DNA from: a virus
Lineage: Duplodnaviria; Caudoviricetes
Virus record (IMG/VR): IMGVR_UViG_2721755587_000001
Length of the DNA stretch: 64,000 nt
Direction: 5' to 3' (one strand)
This document shows, in pieces, positions 37,672 through 47,760 of the stretch. Every line of letters begins with the position of its first letter. The stretch's first letter is position 1. A model generated the notes under the pieces. That model ran no database searches. It was not told where the DNA came from and was given only the letters and a program-made list of their open reading frames with translations. Both the position numbers and the translations under genes were made by a program.

Positions 37672-37712
37672 GGAAAACCACGCCATGCCGTCCGGGGCCA
37701 CCCCCACACAAT
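37672..37712 (+). promoter_or_regulatory. late-promoter motif (portal operon)
   Basis: GGAAAA-N29-CACAAT. Confidence 0.7.
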
Positions 37713-37740
37713 AGGCTGACGAAGCTGACTCCAATCCACG

Positions 37741-39306
37741 ATGCCAAAAGAACTTACCTCGCGCCCGGGCTTGATCAGCCGATTCGGCCAGTCTGCTAGG
37801 CGCCTTCTTTCGGCATCCCAGCGTGACGCAGCCGAGATAACGACCGCTGACTCCTACGTCTATGACGGCGGCACGACCATCTCCGCCTTGCTTGGCAGCG
37901 GTCGGCGCATGGCCCGCTCGCGCGCGCAGATCTATCAGAAGTGGTCGTTCATGGAGGGTGATCCAATCATCTCCAGCGCAATCGGCCTGCTGGTGACGTC
38001 GGCCCTTGGCGGGCACGAAACATCTGGCGACGTGGTTTTCATTGAGAAGACTCCCGCCGCCGAGAAAGACAAGCGTCTGGCCAACATGGTGGATGAGATC
38101 AACGACGATCTCGCTCCGCTGTTCAACCGGGTTGCCTACACGCTGGCCTACAACGGCGCGGTCTTTGGCGATTCGTACGCCCGCATCTATGCGGACCGGG
38201 GGGGTATTAGGGACCTGTACGTGGACGAGTTGGTGCGCCCGCCCATTGTGCAGCCCTACGAGAAGGGCACCAGAACCGTTGGCTTCATGATCTATGCCGG
38301 CGACAAGATGCTCGAACGTTTGGACATCTCCCAGCTCGCGCGCTTGAAGATGCCGCGCACGCTGTGGGTGCCGCAGTTCCAAATCGTTGAGAAGGCCTTC
38401 CGGACCGCCTTGACCGAGAACGACATGGATAAGTTGCCGGTGCTGCCGGCATCCATTGGCGGGTCGTTCCTCTACCAGGCCGAGGAGCCCTACGACAACC
38501 TGCTGGCCTCCTTGCTGGGTTTGGTCGGCCAACGCTGGATGGATTCGATTGACGAGCAGATGGTGGGCGTCAATCTGGAGACCATGACAGCCGATCAGCA
38601 GGAGAAATTCCTGACGTCGATCATCGGGATGCTCAAGCTGAGCAAGGATCGCGCTGAGAACGCTGTGAAGACCGGGCAGCCGGTCATGGAGCGCATTCGC
38701 CACATCATCCCGGTCTGGGGCGAAAAGCAAATTACCCGTCTTGATCAGATGCAGAACGGGCGCAACGCCACGATCAGCGTCGAGGACGTGATGCTGCATG
38801 CCAAGCTGCTCTCCGGCGCGCTGGGCACCGATCTCTCCATGCTTGGATTCTCTGAACTCCTGTCCGGCGGCCTGGGCGACGGCGGCTTCTTCCGTACAAG
38901 TGCCCAGGCGGCGGAGCGGGCGCGGGTGATCCGGGGGGCGCTGTCCGATTGTTGCAACGCGATCATCGACATTCACACCATGCACCGATATGGGACGGTG
39001 TTCCTGCCGAGTGCTCGCCCGTGGTCGATCAATTTCTATGGGTCGATTTCCGCGCTCGAGTCGGAGCGACAACGGACGCGCCAGGACGCCATGGCCGCCG
39101 GCCAGTCCCTGATTCAGGCCATCCGTGATCTGAAAGACATGGGAGCGTCGCAGGACTTCATCTCGCACTTCCTGACGAAGCAGATGTTACTGGACGAGGA
39201 CCAAGCCAAGATGTACTCGCAGATTGCTAATGAGCCCGATACGCGCGGCAAACGGGATCCGCGCGTACGTCTCAGCGGCTCGGATGAGACTGAGGATGAT
39301 GAGTAA
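37741..39306 (+). CDS. prt: portal protein, P1 Prt-like
   Basis: MEGDPIISSAI; LGTDLSMLGFSELLSGGLGDGGFFRTSAQAA. Confidence 0.8.
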   Translation: MPKELTSRPGLISRFGQSARRLLSASQRDAAEITTADSYVYDGGTTISALLGSGRRMARSRAQIYQKWSFMEGDPIISSAIGLLVTSALGGHETSGDVVFIEKTPAAEKDKRLANMVDEINDDLAPLFNRVAYTLAYNGAVFGDSYARIYADRGGIRDLYVDELVRPPIVQPYEKGTRTVGFMIYAGDKMLERLDISQLARLKMPRTLWVPQFQIVEKAFRTALTENDMDKLPVLPASIGGSFLYQAEEPYDNLLASLLGLVGQRWMDSIDEQMVGVNLETMTADQQEKFLTSIIGMLKLSKDRAENAVKTGQPVMERIRHIIPVWGEKQITRLDQMQNGRNATISVEDVMLHAKLLSGALGTDLSMLGFSELLSGGLGDGGFFRTSAQAAERARVIRGALSDCCNAIIDIHTMHRYGTVFLPSARPWSINFYGSISALESERQRTRQDAMAAGQSLIQAIRDLKDMGASQDFISHFLTKQMLLDEDQAKMYSQIANEPDTRGKRDPRVRLSGSDETEDDE

Positions 39307-39308
39307 TC

Positions 39309-40118
39309 ATGGGCCTATTCGATCTCGTCTCTAACCAGGTGCTTGGGCAGATCGCCGGCCAGGTTAAGAAGCGCATCCCCTCCAATGCCATCGCCGGCTT
39401 GCAGACGGCTGGCAATGTATTGGGGAAGGTAGCCAGCGGGAACCTGTTGGGTGCCGCGTCGGCGCTCATCAACTCGCGATTCATCCGTGACAAGTTCCCG
39501 ATCGGTGCGGATCTGGCGAGCCAGGCGGAATACTGGCTCACGCCAACGCCTGTCTTTGGCGGCATCGCGCCGGTGGATGCGCAGGAACTCTACGGCTATG
39601 TCCGTGACCTTGATCTGGCCAAGAAGAACCTTTTCCTGATCGAGATTTCTGACCTTACGCCTACGGCTTCGGTTTGGCTGGACGGCCCGACTTACCTCGG
39701 AACTGACGGACCCAGAGCCTTCAACATCTTTGCCACGGACGTGAGCTACACGCCTGTCAGCGTATCGGGTGAGAAGCACAGGGTGGGTGGTGCCACGACG
39801 GACGGCGTCAACTCGTTTGATCCAACCGACCTGCGCATCACCACGATGGACGACACCGTCGGAACGATCAAGGAGTGGTATCGGTGGAAGGCGCGCCAGG
39901 CCGTCAACTGGGATGGGACGGTTGGGGTTCCCGCCGACTACCTGGTCCGCATTCGCATCCTGCACGCCTTCATTACCAATGGTTCGAACGTGCTGGGTTA
40001 CGAGGATACGTATCTGATGCGGCCGGCGACAGCCGAGGTGGAACTCTCCCGACGAGACAACAATATCCAAGAGATCCACCTCAACTTCAGTCAGTTCGAT
40101 ACTTTCCTGCCTCCTTAA
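39309..40118 (+). CDS. tail/baseplate morphogenesis protein (tube-fold-like)
   Basis: precedes the tape measure gene. Confidence 0.5.
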   Translation: MGLFDLVSNQVLGQIAGQVKKRIPSNAIAGLQTAGNVLGKVASGNLLGAASALINSRFIRDKFPIGADLASQAEYWLTPTPVFGGIAPVDAQELYGYVRDLDLAKKNLFLIEISDLTPTASVWLDGPTYLGTDGPRAFNIFATDVSYTPVSVSGEKHRVGGATTDGVNSFDPTDLRITTMDDTVGTIKEWYRWKARQAVNWDGTVGVPADYLVRIRILHAFITNGSNVLGYEDTYLMRPATAEVELSRRDNNIQEIHLNFSQFDTFLPP

Positions 40119-40121
40119 TTC

Positions 40122-42344
40122 ATGGCACTCAAAAGCGATTCCTACGGATTCCTGGTTGGCGCACCAGTAGAGTGGGGCAAGGCACTGGACGTCTGGAACG
40201 ACATCCTGGTCGAAATCCGCGCGCTCCGTCTGGCGCTGGCAGCCGGGCATGGCTCGGCAGTTCCGAGTGCGAAGCGTCGCCCACCATCGTCCACAACCGC
40301 CGTACCCGCACTGGTGAAGCGCGAGGTAGCTCAAGCTGTAAAGGAGGTGGTTGCCCCCGCCAAGCGGCGAGGAAACACCAACCATAGCAGTCTCCAGCGC
40401 GACTCTAGTGGCCGGTTCCTATCAAAGGGAGGCGGTTCGGCGCAGCCAACAGCAACGCCCGTGTCAACGAAAGTGGCGCTCCACTTGGAGCCGCCGATTG
40501 ATCTGGCCAAGGCGGAGGCTGCGCGCCCGAAGGCGAAGACCGACTGGGACCTGGTTCGGCGTCAGAATGCCGCAATGGCCCCGGCTCGGCCAGCGCGGTC
40601 GGTGGATGGGCAGAAGCGCGAAGAGAATGGGCGGTTCGCCGGAGCCGGCAAAAAGGGGCCCACGAATGGCGACGGCCCGCTAGAAGATGGCGCTAAAGAC
40701 GAGCCAGCTGACTCCAGCGGCAAGGGTGGTCGTCGTAAGCGGGGCGAGGACGAAGCGGTCTCGTTGCTTTCCCGAGTGATGGGACGGGTACGAACGGCAT
40801 CGGGCGTCGTTGCCTCCGCGCCGGAGATCGATCCTACGATTAGCGCGCTCAAGGAAGTGCAATCGATCGCATCTCCGGTAGGCCGTGGCATCGGGAAACT
40901 CTTCAGCCGTAGCTCGGACCGGGCGGTGCCGTGGTACCGGCGCATCTTGGGCGAGTTGAGGGGGATGCGCAGAGATGACTCATCCTTCCACAAGGCCGAG
41001 CTCCGCAAACTCAAGGATATCGAGCAACGTACGAGCACCGGATCAGGGTCGGGGTTGCTCGGCGGGATGTTGTCCAAGATCCCTGGCCTTGGCATTGCTG
41101 GCCGCCTCCTTGGCTCCGTCGGTGGCGGCCTGGGCGCACTGCTGAAGTTCGGGCGAAAGAGTGGACTCTTGCGGCGAATCCCACTCCTCGGCGGACTACT
41201 GGCCGGCGGCAGTGCTCTCTATAGCATGCTCGGGTTTGGTGACGACGCGAACGCTAGCCCCGAGGAAAACCGGCGTAGTCGGTTCGAGGGCGGTGGGGCT
41301 GGTGTCGGGGCGATCGCAGGCGGTGCGCTTGGGACCTTCCTTGGTGGGCCTGTGGGGACGGTGATCGGCGGCATCATCGGCGAGAAGGTTGGCTCCCGAG
41401 TGGGTGGTTGGCTCGCTGAGGTGGATTGGAAGAACGTTGCGGAGAACATCACCGATTCATGGGGCGCTGTCACGCAACTCATTAAGACGAAGTTCGGCGT
41501 AGACGTGCCAGCAGTTATGGACGCAGCCAAGGAAGTCGCCAAGAAGGCTATCGACTATGGTGGGGATTTCTTCGACAAAATTTCTTCGGCGACCAAAAGT
41601 GCAGCGGAGTGGGCTAACCAAGAGGTGATCCAACCGGCGGCCAACGCAATCAAGCGGATTGTTCAGACTGGAGCTGGCTTCAACGTCGTGGAACGGGGGG
41701 ATGGTTCAGTCGTCCAGCAATCGGGGGCGCGCAACTGGCGCAATAACAACCCTGGCAATATCGAGTATGGGGACTTCGCGAAGAAGCACGGAGCCATTGG
41801 CTCGGATGGACGATTCGCCATATTCCCTGACTACGGTTCAGGCCGTAAGGCGAAGGAGTCCCTGATCTTCGATGGGAAGTCGTATCGCAACCTCACCCTG
41901 TCGCAGGCAATTTCCCGCTACGCCCCTGCTTCGGAGAACGATACGGCCGCCTACCAGCGCTCGGTCCTTGGATCGGTAGGAGGGCAGGACTTGAAGATGT
42001 CCGACTACACGCCCGCACAGCGAACCGTGATTCTGGATGCGATGCAAAAGGTGGAGGGATACAAGGTCGGGAAAACTGTGATCAAGGGCCGGAGTGGCGT
42101 TCCCGTGCTGGCTGCCGGCGGGGTGCCTGGTACACCGGTTGTCGCTTCGGCGCCAACCGTCTCAGTCAACACCGCTGTTCCAATGCCGAAAATCGCCGAT
42201 GCTCCGGCGTTGTCCCCTCTGACCGCAATCCCAGCCACGTCTCGTCAAGAGATCAGGGTGACGCAAGAGAAGGGAGACGTTGGGCAAAACCTCAGCGATA
42301 GCAAGATCGCCCGCATTGCGACAGGCGGGCTCAGTAGCCCGTAA
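40122..42344 (+). CDS. tape measure / injection protein (Sit-like) with lysozyme-like domain
   Basis: Gly/Ala-rich hydrophobic segments; RNNNPGNI...YAPASENDT. Confidence 0.75.
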   Translation: MALKSDSYGFLVGAPVEWGKALDVWNDILVEIRALRLALAAGHGSAVPSAKRRPPSSTTAVPALVKREVAQAVKEVVAPAKRRGNTNHSSLQRDSSGRFLSKGGGSAQPTATPVSTKVALHLEPPIDLAKAEAARPKAKTDWDLVRRQNAAMAPARPARSVDGQKREENGRFAGAGKKGPTNGDGPLEDGAKDEPADSSGKGGRRKRGEDEAVSLLSRVMGRVRTASGVVASAPEIDPTISALKEVQSIASPVGRGIGKLFSRSSDRAVPWYRRILGELRGMRRDDSSFHKAELRKLKDIEQRTSTGSGSGLLGGMLSKIPGLGIAGRLLGSVGGGLGALLKFGRKSGLLRRIPLLGGLLAGGSALYSMLGFGDDANASPEENRRSRFEGGGAGVGAIAGGALGTFLGGPVGTVIGGIIGEKVGSRVGGWLAEVDWKNVAENITDSWGAVTQLIKTKFGVDVPAVMDAAKEVAKKAIDYGGDFFDKISSATKSAAEWANQEVIQPAANAIKRIVQTGAGFNVVERGDGSVVQQSGARNWRNNNPGNIEYGDFAKKHGAIGSDGRFAIFPDYGSGRKAKESLIFDGKSYRNLTLSQAISRYAPASENDTAAYQRSVLGSVGGQDLKMSDYTPAQRTVILDAMQKVEGYKVGKTVIKGRSGVPVLAAGGVPGTPVVASAPTVSVNTAVPMPKIADAPALSPLTAIPATSRQEIRVTQEKGDVGQNLSDSKIARIATGGLSSP

Positions 42345-42368
42345 CTTGGGATCGATCGGTACGGCCAG

Positions 42369-42767
42369 CTACTTGGCTGGCCGGATTTGAGCCGGCGTCA
42401 TCAACACGTTTGTCTGGTGATTGCCGTTATCAGCGTGGAACAGTGAACCGGTGATGGTGGCCGGCTGGCCTTTCAGGCTCTTGAAGCTCTCCATCATCCT
42501 GGGATTCAGAACCAGGTGCATGAGCACGACGCCTCGCTCAGTTGGCGATTCCTGGTCACCTTCCACTGTGATAGGCGAGTCGAGTTGGATCGCTGGGAAC
42601 GTAAGTTTCTTGCCATCTGGCGTTGCACCGGGTGCTGACAGCAGCTTCCCATGGACCGTCACGACCTGCGGCTCATAGCGGATTGGCTCGGCGTTGGCCA
42701 GTCGCTGGGCCCCAGCGGCAAGAAGAGCGACAGAAAGTAAGGCGGCACGGAGACGGCGTTGCATCAT
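42369..42767 (-). CDS. secreted DUF4431-like protein (moron)
   Basis: signal peptide; ITGSLFHADNGNHQT. Confidence 0.65.
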   Translation of the reverse strand: MMQRRLRAALLSVALLAAGAQRLANAEPIRYEPQVVTVHGKLLSAPGATPDGKKLTFPAIQLDSPITVEGDQESPTERGVVLMHLVLNPRMMESFKSLKGQPATITGSLFHADNGNHQTNVLMTPAQIRPAK

Positions 42768-42900
42768 GGATCCTCGCATCAAGCCAAGCCGGCCCCAATT
42801 TGGCGTTTTGCCCGGCAAGTTTGTGACTTTACATCACCGGCATACGGCTACTGACTGCGCTATACCCCACTTTGGTTGGGTTAGGCTCGCAAACGCGTTC

Positions 42901-42941
42901 GGAAAACAGCGTCCGGTCATGGTAGTTGAGCCATCCAAAAT
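42901..42941 (+). promoter_or_regulatory. late-promoter motif
   Basis: GGAAAA-N29-CAAAAT. Confidence 0.7.
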
Positions 42942-42977
42942 CCACGGTAGACAAACGCATATACCGCTGGAGGGTCT

Positions 42978-43469
42978 ATGGGCGTAAACACCGCAGCCTA
43001 TCTGAATGGCTTCTACGACACCACGCGGGCGATGGGTGACAAGGCTGTTTCGAGCGACGGCGCTTTCGAAATCGAGGGTTTCGAGGACATGTGGCTCCTG
43101 ACCAAGAGCTTTCCGTGGCCGACCATTTCGCCGGCCGGTGAAATCGAAGTCCCCACTCCGCTAGGTGGCGGGATGTGGCAGCCGCAACAGGTCAAGGTCA
43201 ACCTACAGGGCCAGATTACCCTGATGGAAACCTCCCTTGGTAGCGTATCCAACATGCTCATCCGGCTGATTGCCCAAGGTGCGCGGTTCAATGCCAAGGC
43301 GTATGAGGGAACTCCGGATCGCTACCGGTTCTACCACCGTCTCAAGGACTGCTTCATCCAGACGGACATCCAGGACCGGGACTTCGAGAACCGTTCTCAG
43401 ATTCTGACGATCAGCGGAACCATGTATTTCCACTACTTCGGCGAGAAGATCGTCGGCAACATCACCTAA
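42978..43469 (+). CDS. tail tube protein, P1 BplB-like
   Basis: 163 aa beta-rich; GGAGG RBS; ILTISGTMYFHY. Confidence 0.6.
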   Translation: MGVNTAAYLNGFYDTTRAMGDKAVSSDGAFEIEGFEDMWLLTKSFPWPTISPAGEIEVPTPLGGGMWQPQQVKVNLQGQITLMETSLGSVSNMLIRLIAQGARFNAKAYEGTPDRYRFYHRLKDCFIQTDIQDRDFENRSQILTISGTMYFHYFGEKIVGNIT

Positions 43470-43978
43470 TGGCTGACAAGACGCTAGCTGACCTGGCCGG
43501 CCTCTTCTACCAGACGGAGAGGCCGGTTGGCGTCGTGCTGGACGCGGATACGGTTGCCGCACAGGCCGTGGCAGCCGCGCGATTCTATGCCGGCCACGGG
43601 CCGGTAAAGAGCCTGTTACCGCCTGCGTCCGTGGATGCCGCGCCGCCGGCAGACTCTTCCCAGGAGCTGTATCCGTTCCTGCCCTTGTATGGCTGGCCCA
43701 TGTATCCCCTGCCGGCAAAAAAAATTGAGCCTGGCAAGCCGCTCGCTCCGGTGGACTGGGTGGAAGCCGGCACGGTCATCTCACAGAGCGAATGGTCCCT
43801 GATCCGTCCGCTCTTCATGCTGTACGTCGAGCGGGAGAACTCGCTGCATCTCGAGGCCTCTCGCAATCTTGGGGTCGATGTCTACGGCCGCTCTTCATCT
43901 GAGATTAACCAGGAGATCTCCCAGCTTGAGATGGATATCAAGCGGGCAGCGTTCGTTCAGCCGGTGATCTCGGTATAG
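43469..43978 (+). CDS. morphogenesis protein (adaptor-like)
   Basis: TAATG coupling; SEWSLIRPLF. Confidence 0.55.
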   Translation: MADKTLADLAGLFYQTERPVGVVLDADTVAAQAVAAARFYAGHGPVKSLLPPASVDAAPPADSSQELYPFLPLYGWPMYPLPAKKIEPGKPLAPVDWVEAGTVISQSEWSLIRPLFMLYVERENSLHLEASRNLGVDVYGRSSSEINQEISQLEMDIKRAAFVQPVISV

Positions 43979-44003
43979 AAGTACCGCCCGGACGAGGCCT
44001 AAC

Positions 44004-44900
44004 TTGAATCTCTCCATCGGTTCACCTTCCAAACTCCTCAATGGAGACCAAATTGTATCCCTGGTGCTCCGAACGGATGCCGCGCCGGTACCGGTGACGC
44101 TCGAGGGCACGATTCGCCTGGATGAGAGGTTTCTACCAGGCATTCAGGAAGACCAGATTGTGTATGCGGGCCGCGACCAGTTGGCCTTTCGCATCGTCGC
44201 AAACTCCCTGGACAAGGATGTGACTGCAGTGCAGGGTAGCCAACCATATGGGCAGATTTCATTCATCGCGTTGCTGGACGCCTGCCACAAGGTTTCGTTC
44301 CGGCGGAAGACGGCGGTGATCAAGAGCCGTGCAACGTTGGGCGAAATCTACCGGGCGTGTGGCGCGACCGTGCAAATCGACTCCGACTTTACAGTTGACC
44401 GCTTCGCCTCGTACGTCGGCGATGTGCCTACGTTCCGAATTGCGCAGGCGCTGCAGGAGGAGGGTGGGGCAGTCTTCTGGAACGGTAAGCGGCTCCAGTT
44501 CATCCGCCTACCTGACCTGCTTAAGAAGAAGCCGGTGGCTCAGCTCCCGGCGGACACGCTGGAGGACATCTCTTCCGGGTTCATGGAGAGGCACGAGGTC
44601 CCATTCTTCTATTCAATCGATCCTGGTGGCGGGTTTGTCTTCGGCAACCGGAACAAGGCGCGTGCCGCTCAGTACATCCCGCGCCAGGACACGCGCGTCC
44701 TGACCAATATGACTCGGGTCCTAGTGCAACGGAAGACCCTCAAGTCCCCCTATGCCCCGGCGATCAATGCAGGCGACCTGATCTTGGTGGAGAACACGCC
44801 GTATCCGGTAGTTACAGCCGCGCACGTCTATCAGAGCGGGACCGACGGCTCTGCGGCGAACACTTACTCCAAGTTCTGGCTTGGCTCTGTGGAGGAATAG
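44004..44900 (+). CDS. baseplate hub protein (P1 gp6-like)
   Basis: LRTDAAPVPVTLE; precedes the spike. Confidence 0.6.
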   Translation: MNLSIGSPSKLLNGDQIVSLVLRTDAAPVPVTLEGTIRLDERFLPGIQEDQIVYAGRDQLAFRIVANSLDKDVTAVQGSQPYGQISFIALLDACHKVSFRRKTAVIKSRATLGEIYRACGATVQIDSDFTVDRFASYVGDVPTFRIAQALQEEGGAVFWNGKRLQFIRLPDLLKKKPVAQLPADTLEDISSGFMERHEVPFFYSIDPGGGFVFGNRNKARAAQYIPRQDTRVLTNMTRVLVQRKTLKSPYAPAINAGDLILVENTPYPVVTAAHVYQSGTDGSAANTYSKFWLGSVEE

Positions 44901-44903
44901 GCC

Positions 44904-45410
44904 GTGATGCTTCCATCCCGCCTCCCCGGCATCGTCCGAGGGTATGACCCGGATTCCCGGACATGTCGCGTCGAGATCCCCGGCATCACAGATGGTGCAC
45001 AGGAGTTGCCCGTGGCTGAGATCGAGTATCCGATTGGCGATAAGTCGAGAGGAATGAACCCCACCGAGATTGAGATTCTTGACGGCGATCTGGTCTGGCT
45101 CGCATTTGAGGCCGGCGATCCACGCTTTCCGATCATCACGGGGTGGCGCAACCCGCGTTCTGCGAACTCCGTAGGATGGAGACGCTGGCACCATCCTAAC
45201 GTCGAGATCAACGCGGACACTCTCCTGAATGCAATCGCTGGTTCACACATCACCATTACGAGCACAGGGGCTGACGTCAGGATCAACTGCGTCAATGCAA
45301 AGGTAAGCGCTTCCGGCGATGCTGAAGTAGTTGCAGGAGGCCAGGCTAACGTGAGCAGCGATGGTGAGGCAACGATCAGCGCCACAACAATCAATCTCAA
45401 CTCGAAATAG
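44904..45410 (+). CDS. baseplate spike, gpV/gp5-like
   Basis: CRVEIPG...GDLVWLAFEAGDPRFPII; beta-helix tail. Confidence 0.85.
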   Translation: MMLPSRLPGIVRGYDPDSRTCRVEIPGITDGAQELPVAEIEYPIGDKSRGMNPTEIEILDGDLVWLAFEAGDPRFPIITGWRNPRSANSVGWRRWHHPNVEINADTLLNAIAGSHITITSTGADVRINCVNAKVSASGDAEVVAGGQANVSSDGEATISATTINLNSK

Positions 45411-45412
45411 AC

Positions 45413-45715
45413 ATGGCCGAGCTCGCGCGAATCGGAGATCTTGCACAAGGCATCTGCCGAGCTCACCCTACGCCCGTCGAATTCACTGCCACATTCACGA
45501 CGGGGTCGGGGACATTGGGTTCCGATGGGGCCGGCTTGGTACGCGTTGGCGATATCGGGCATACGGACTGCGGGCACACAATCGTGGCGTTGGCAGGGTC
45601 CGACGTCCTTCTGGCGGACGGTATTGGACTGGTCCGGGTCGGTGACCCAGTGGCAGTTCAGGAAGGCGGCGAGGGGGTGGTTGTGAGCGGCTCAGAGATC
45701 GTGAAGGATGCATGA
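45413..45715 (+). CDS. PAAR-like spike tip
   Basis: ARIGD, VRVGD (twice), CRAH, CGH. Confidence 0.8.
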   Translation: MAELARIGDLAQGICRAHPTPVEFTATFTTGSGTLGSDGAGLVRVGDIGHTDCGHTIVALAGSDVLLADGIGLVRVGDPVAVQEGGEGVVVSGSEIVKDA

Positions 45716-46980
45716 TGGGTTTGTTTGACTTCGTATCTACCTTCAAGGACGGATCGGCGTTTGTGGATAACGTGTCGCAGCACGTGGATGCGGTGTCGTC
45801 CATGTCGTCAGCTGTAGCTAGCGTGGGAGCGGCAATGCCATCATTCGCAACCGCGGCCAGCGGCATGGCCGCGATGGCTACAGCAATCTCCGCCGCCCGC
45901 GCTTCGCTGATATCTAGCCTTCCGTTTGCTCTGCCGGCAATGAAGGCCGTTCACGTGCTTGAAAAGAAAATGGAGATGGACGGTGGAGGCATGGCGTCCA
46001 CAGCCGGTTCCGCCTCCTTCTCGTCGTACTTCGCGACGTTTGACGTCATCGATACCGTCACTGCGCAGGCTTCCTCCTTGCTCCAGTCGACCGTGTCCGC
46101 TATGTCGTCTGTTGCGACTGGTATTCCAGGGGTCGGGGGCGGGAGCCCTGGGCAGGTCTTCGGCTCGTTGGCCGCTGCATTTCCTTCCGCAACTATCCCT
46201 GATCCTGAGCACCCGGGCCAAACCATCCCAAATCCGGCCTATACCGCATTCGTGAACCAAAATGCAGGAGCCCTGAATTCTCTAACGGGCTCTGCAGGGA
46301 GCCTGGCAACATTTGCAGCCTCTGGGAAGTCCGGTATCGATGGGCAAATGGCGATTGCCAAGAGTAAGTATGCCGACGGAATGGCATCGCTCAAGGCAAT
46401 GTCTTTCGCACGCTTCTGTTCTGCGCCACAGCCGACAGCGGTTCAAGAGGTGATTCAGCGGACGGTAAAGCCCACGTCGATTCCGTCGCGACCTGCATTT
46501 GGGGTCGCAGATGCCGGCTCGTCCCGGTGGATGAGTGCGCAAAGCAAGCCGACCACCTTGGCGTATGACGGGCCGAGCGGGAAGGTAGACCAAAAGGCAG
46601 CAGTGCCAGCACCTACCGCTCATACTCCGACCTCATGTAGCCAGGTCCAGCTAGGAGCGATTCAGGCGCAGTGCGAGGCCGCCGGCCAAGCAGCCATCCA
46701 GGCAAAAGGGGTGCGCACGACAGCCAGAGATCAACTGGAGCCTTGGCTGGATGCGAACGGTTTCTACGCGCTAAAGAACAACCGGGCTGCCTCGCCAGAG
46801 GCTGAGGCACAGTTCAAGGTAGTTGAGGCCCAATTGCACGCCAAGCCGGACTATCAGAGCTACTCGGCGGCGGGTGACGATTACATCATGAAGCTAAAGG
46901 AGTATCAGCGGCTAGTCGAAATCCAGACGTACATGGTGACCAAGGGACCATGGCCTGGAAATCCGGACGGACCGTGGTAG
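45712..46980 (+). CDS. Ala/Ser-rich hypothetical protein
   Basis: ATGA overlap with the PAAR gene. Confidence 0.6.
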   Translation: MMGLFDFVSTFKDGSAFVDNVSQHVDAVSSMSSAVASVGAAMPSFATAASGMAAMATAISAARASLISSLPFALPAMKAVHVLEKKMEMDGGGMASTAGSASFSSYFATFDVIDTVTAQASSLLQSTVSAMSSVATGIPGVGGGSPGQVFGSLAAAFPSATIPDPEHPGQTIPNPAYTAFVNQNAGALNSLTGSAGSLATFAASGKSGIDGQMAIAKSKYADGMASLKAMSFARFCSAPQPTAVQEVIQRTVKPTSIPSRPAFGVADAGSSRWMSAQSKPTTLAYDGPSGKVDQKAAVPAPTAHTPTSCSQVQLGAIQAQCEAAGQAAIQAKGVRTTARDQLEPWLDANGFYALKNNRAASPEAEAQFKVVEAQLHAKPDYQSYSAAGDDYIMKLKEYQRLVEIQTYMVTKGPWPGNPDGPW

Positions 46981-46997
46981 AGCAGCCCATCTAGCAT
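46957..46997 (+). promoter_or_regulatory. late-promoter motif (hdf)
   Basis: GGAAAT-N29-TAGCAT. Confidence 0.6.
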
Positions 46998-47036
46998 TGG
47001 GCTCATCAAATGATGAGCGTGATGCGGGGTGCGACT

Positions 47037-47513
47037 ATGGCAGGAAACGTGATCTTCAGCTTCGAAGACATGACCGATAGCAGCAAGGCAACCAAGGCCT
47101 TGGTGAGGTACTTTGCCCGCGCGGGTGAGCAGGTTGTCCAGACCACAGTCGATCCCAAGGTGCGTCGCACCGCCGGCGTGTCTTATCGCCAAATGAGCCT
47201 CACCTTTGCCGACGGCCAGGTGATCACGATGTTCGTCAAGCAGACGGGCGATATCTACCAGGTCAGCCTCAATGGCAAGGCACTGGCCATCAAGAACCAG
47301 AGTGATCAAGAGAAGGCCGTGACGGAGATGGTGAGCGCGATGGACTCCGGGCGAGCGAAGTTCCAAGCGGCCCTGGCGAAGGCTCGGGCAGTCTTGCCGC
47401 CGAGCATCCGGATGGCAGTCCCGAAGATCGAGGTGGCGCTCAAGGAGAAGCTCGCCGGGCTGGATGAAGCCATCGATCTCGCTCACAAGGAGCTGGAGGC
47501 GATCGATGCCTGA
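47037..47513 (+). CDS. hdf: Hdf-like (DarA N-terminal homologue)
   Basis: LTFADGQVITMFVKQTGDIYQVSLNGK. Confidence 0.65.
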   Translation: MAGNVIFSFEDMTDSSKATKALVRYFARAGEQVVQTTVDPKVRRTAGVSYRQMSLTFADGQVITMFVKQTGDIYQVSLNGKALAIKNQSDQEKAVTEMVSAMDSGRAKFQAALAKARAVLPPSIRMAVPKIEVALKEKLAGLDEAIDLAHKELEAIDA

Positions 47514-47715
47514 CGTGGCCGACCTGGCAGACGGATTTCAGGATGACCAGGCTCAGGAGGGCATCAGAAAGGCTCGTTCCACTTCCAGCCTGCCGCCATG
47601 CAAGGCTTGCTACAACTGCGACGAGCCGATCGGTGCCGGCCTGCTCTTCTGCTGTACCGAATGCCGTGAGGACTTTGAGAAGTGGCTGGCATCCCGTGCT
47701 AGGGAAGGTCGGTGA
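47506..47715 (+). CDS. TraR/DksA-like C4 Zn-finger protein
   Basis: MPDVADLA; CYNC...CTEC. Confidence 0.65.
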   Translation: MPDVADLADGFQDDQAQEGIRKARSTSSLPPCKACYNCDEPIGAGLLFCCTECREDFEKWLASRAREGR

Positions 47716-47719
47716 AATC

Positions 47720-47760
47720 GGAAAACGAGCACCTTCGTAGCGCTTGACAGTACGCAAAAT
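47720..47760 (+). promoter_or_regulatory. late-promoter motif (capsid operon)
   Basis: GGAAAA-N29-CAAAAT. Confidence 0.7.
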
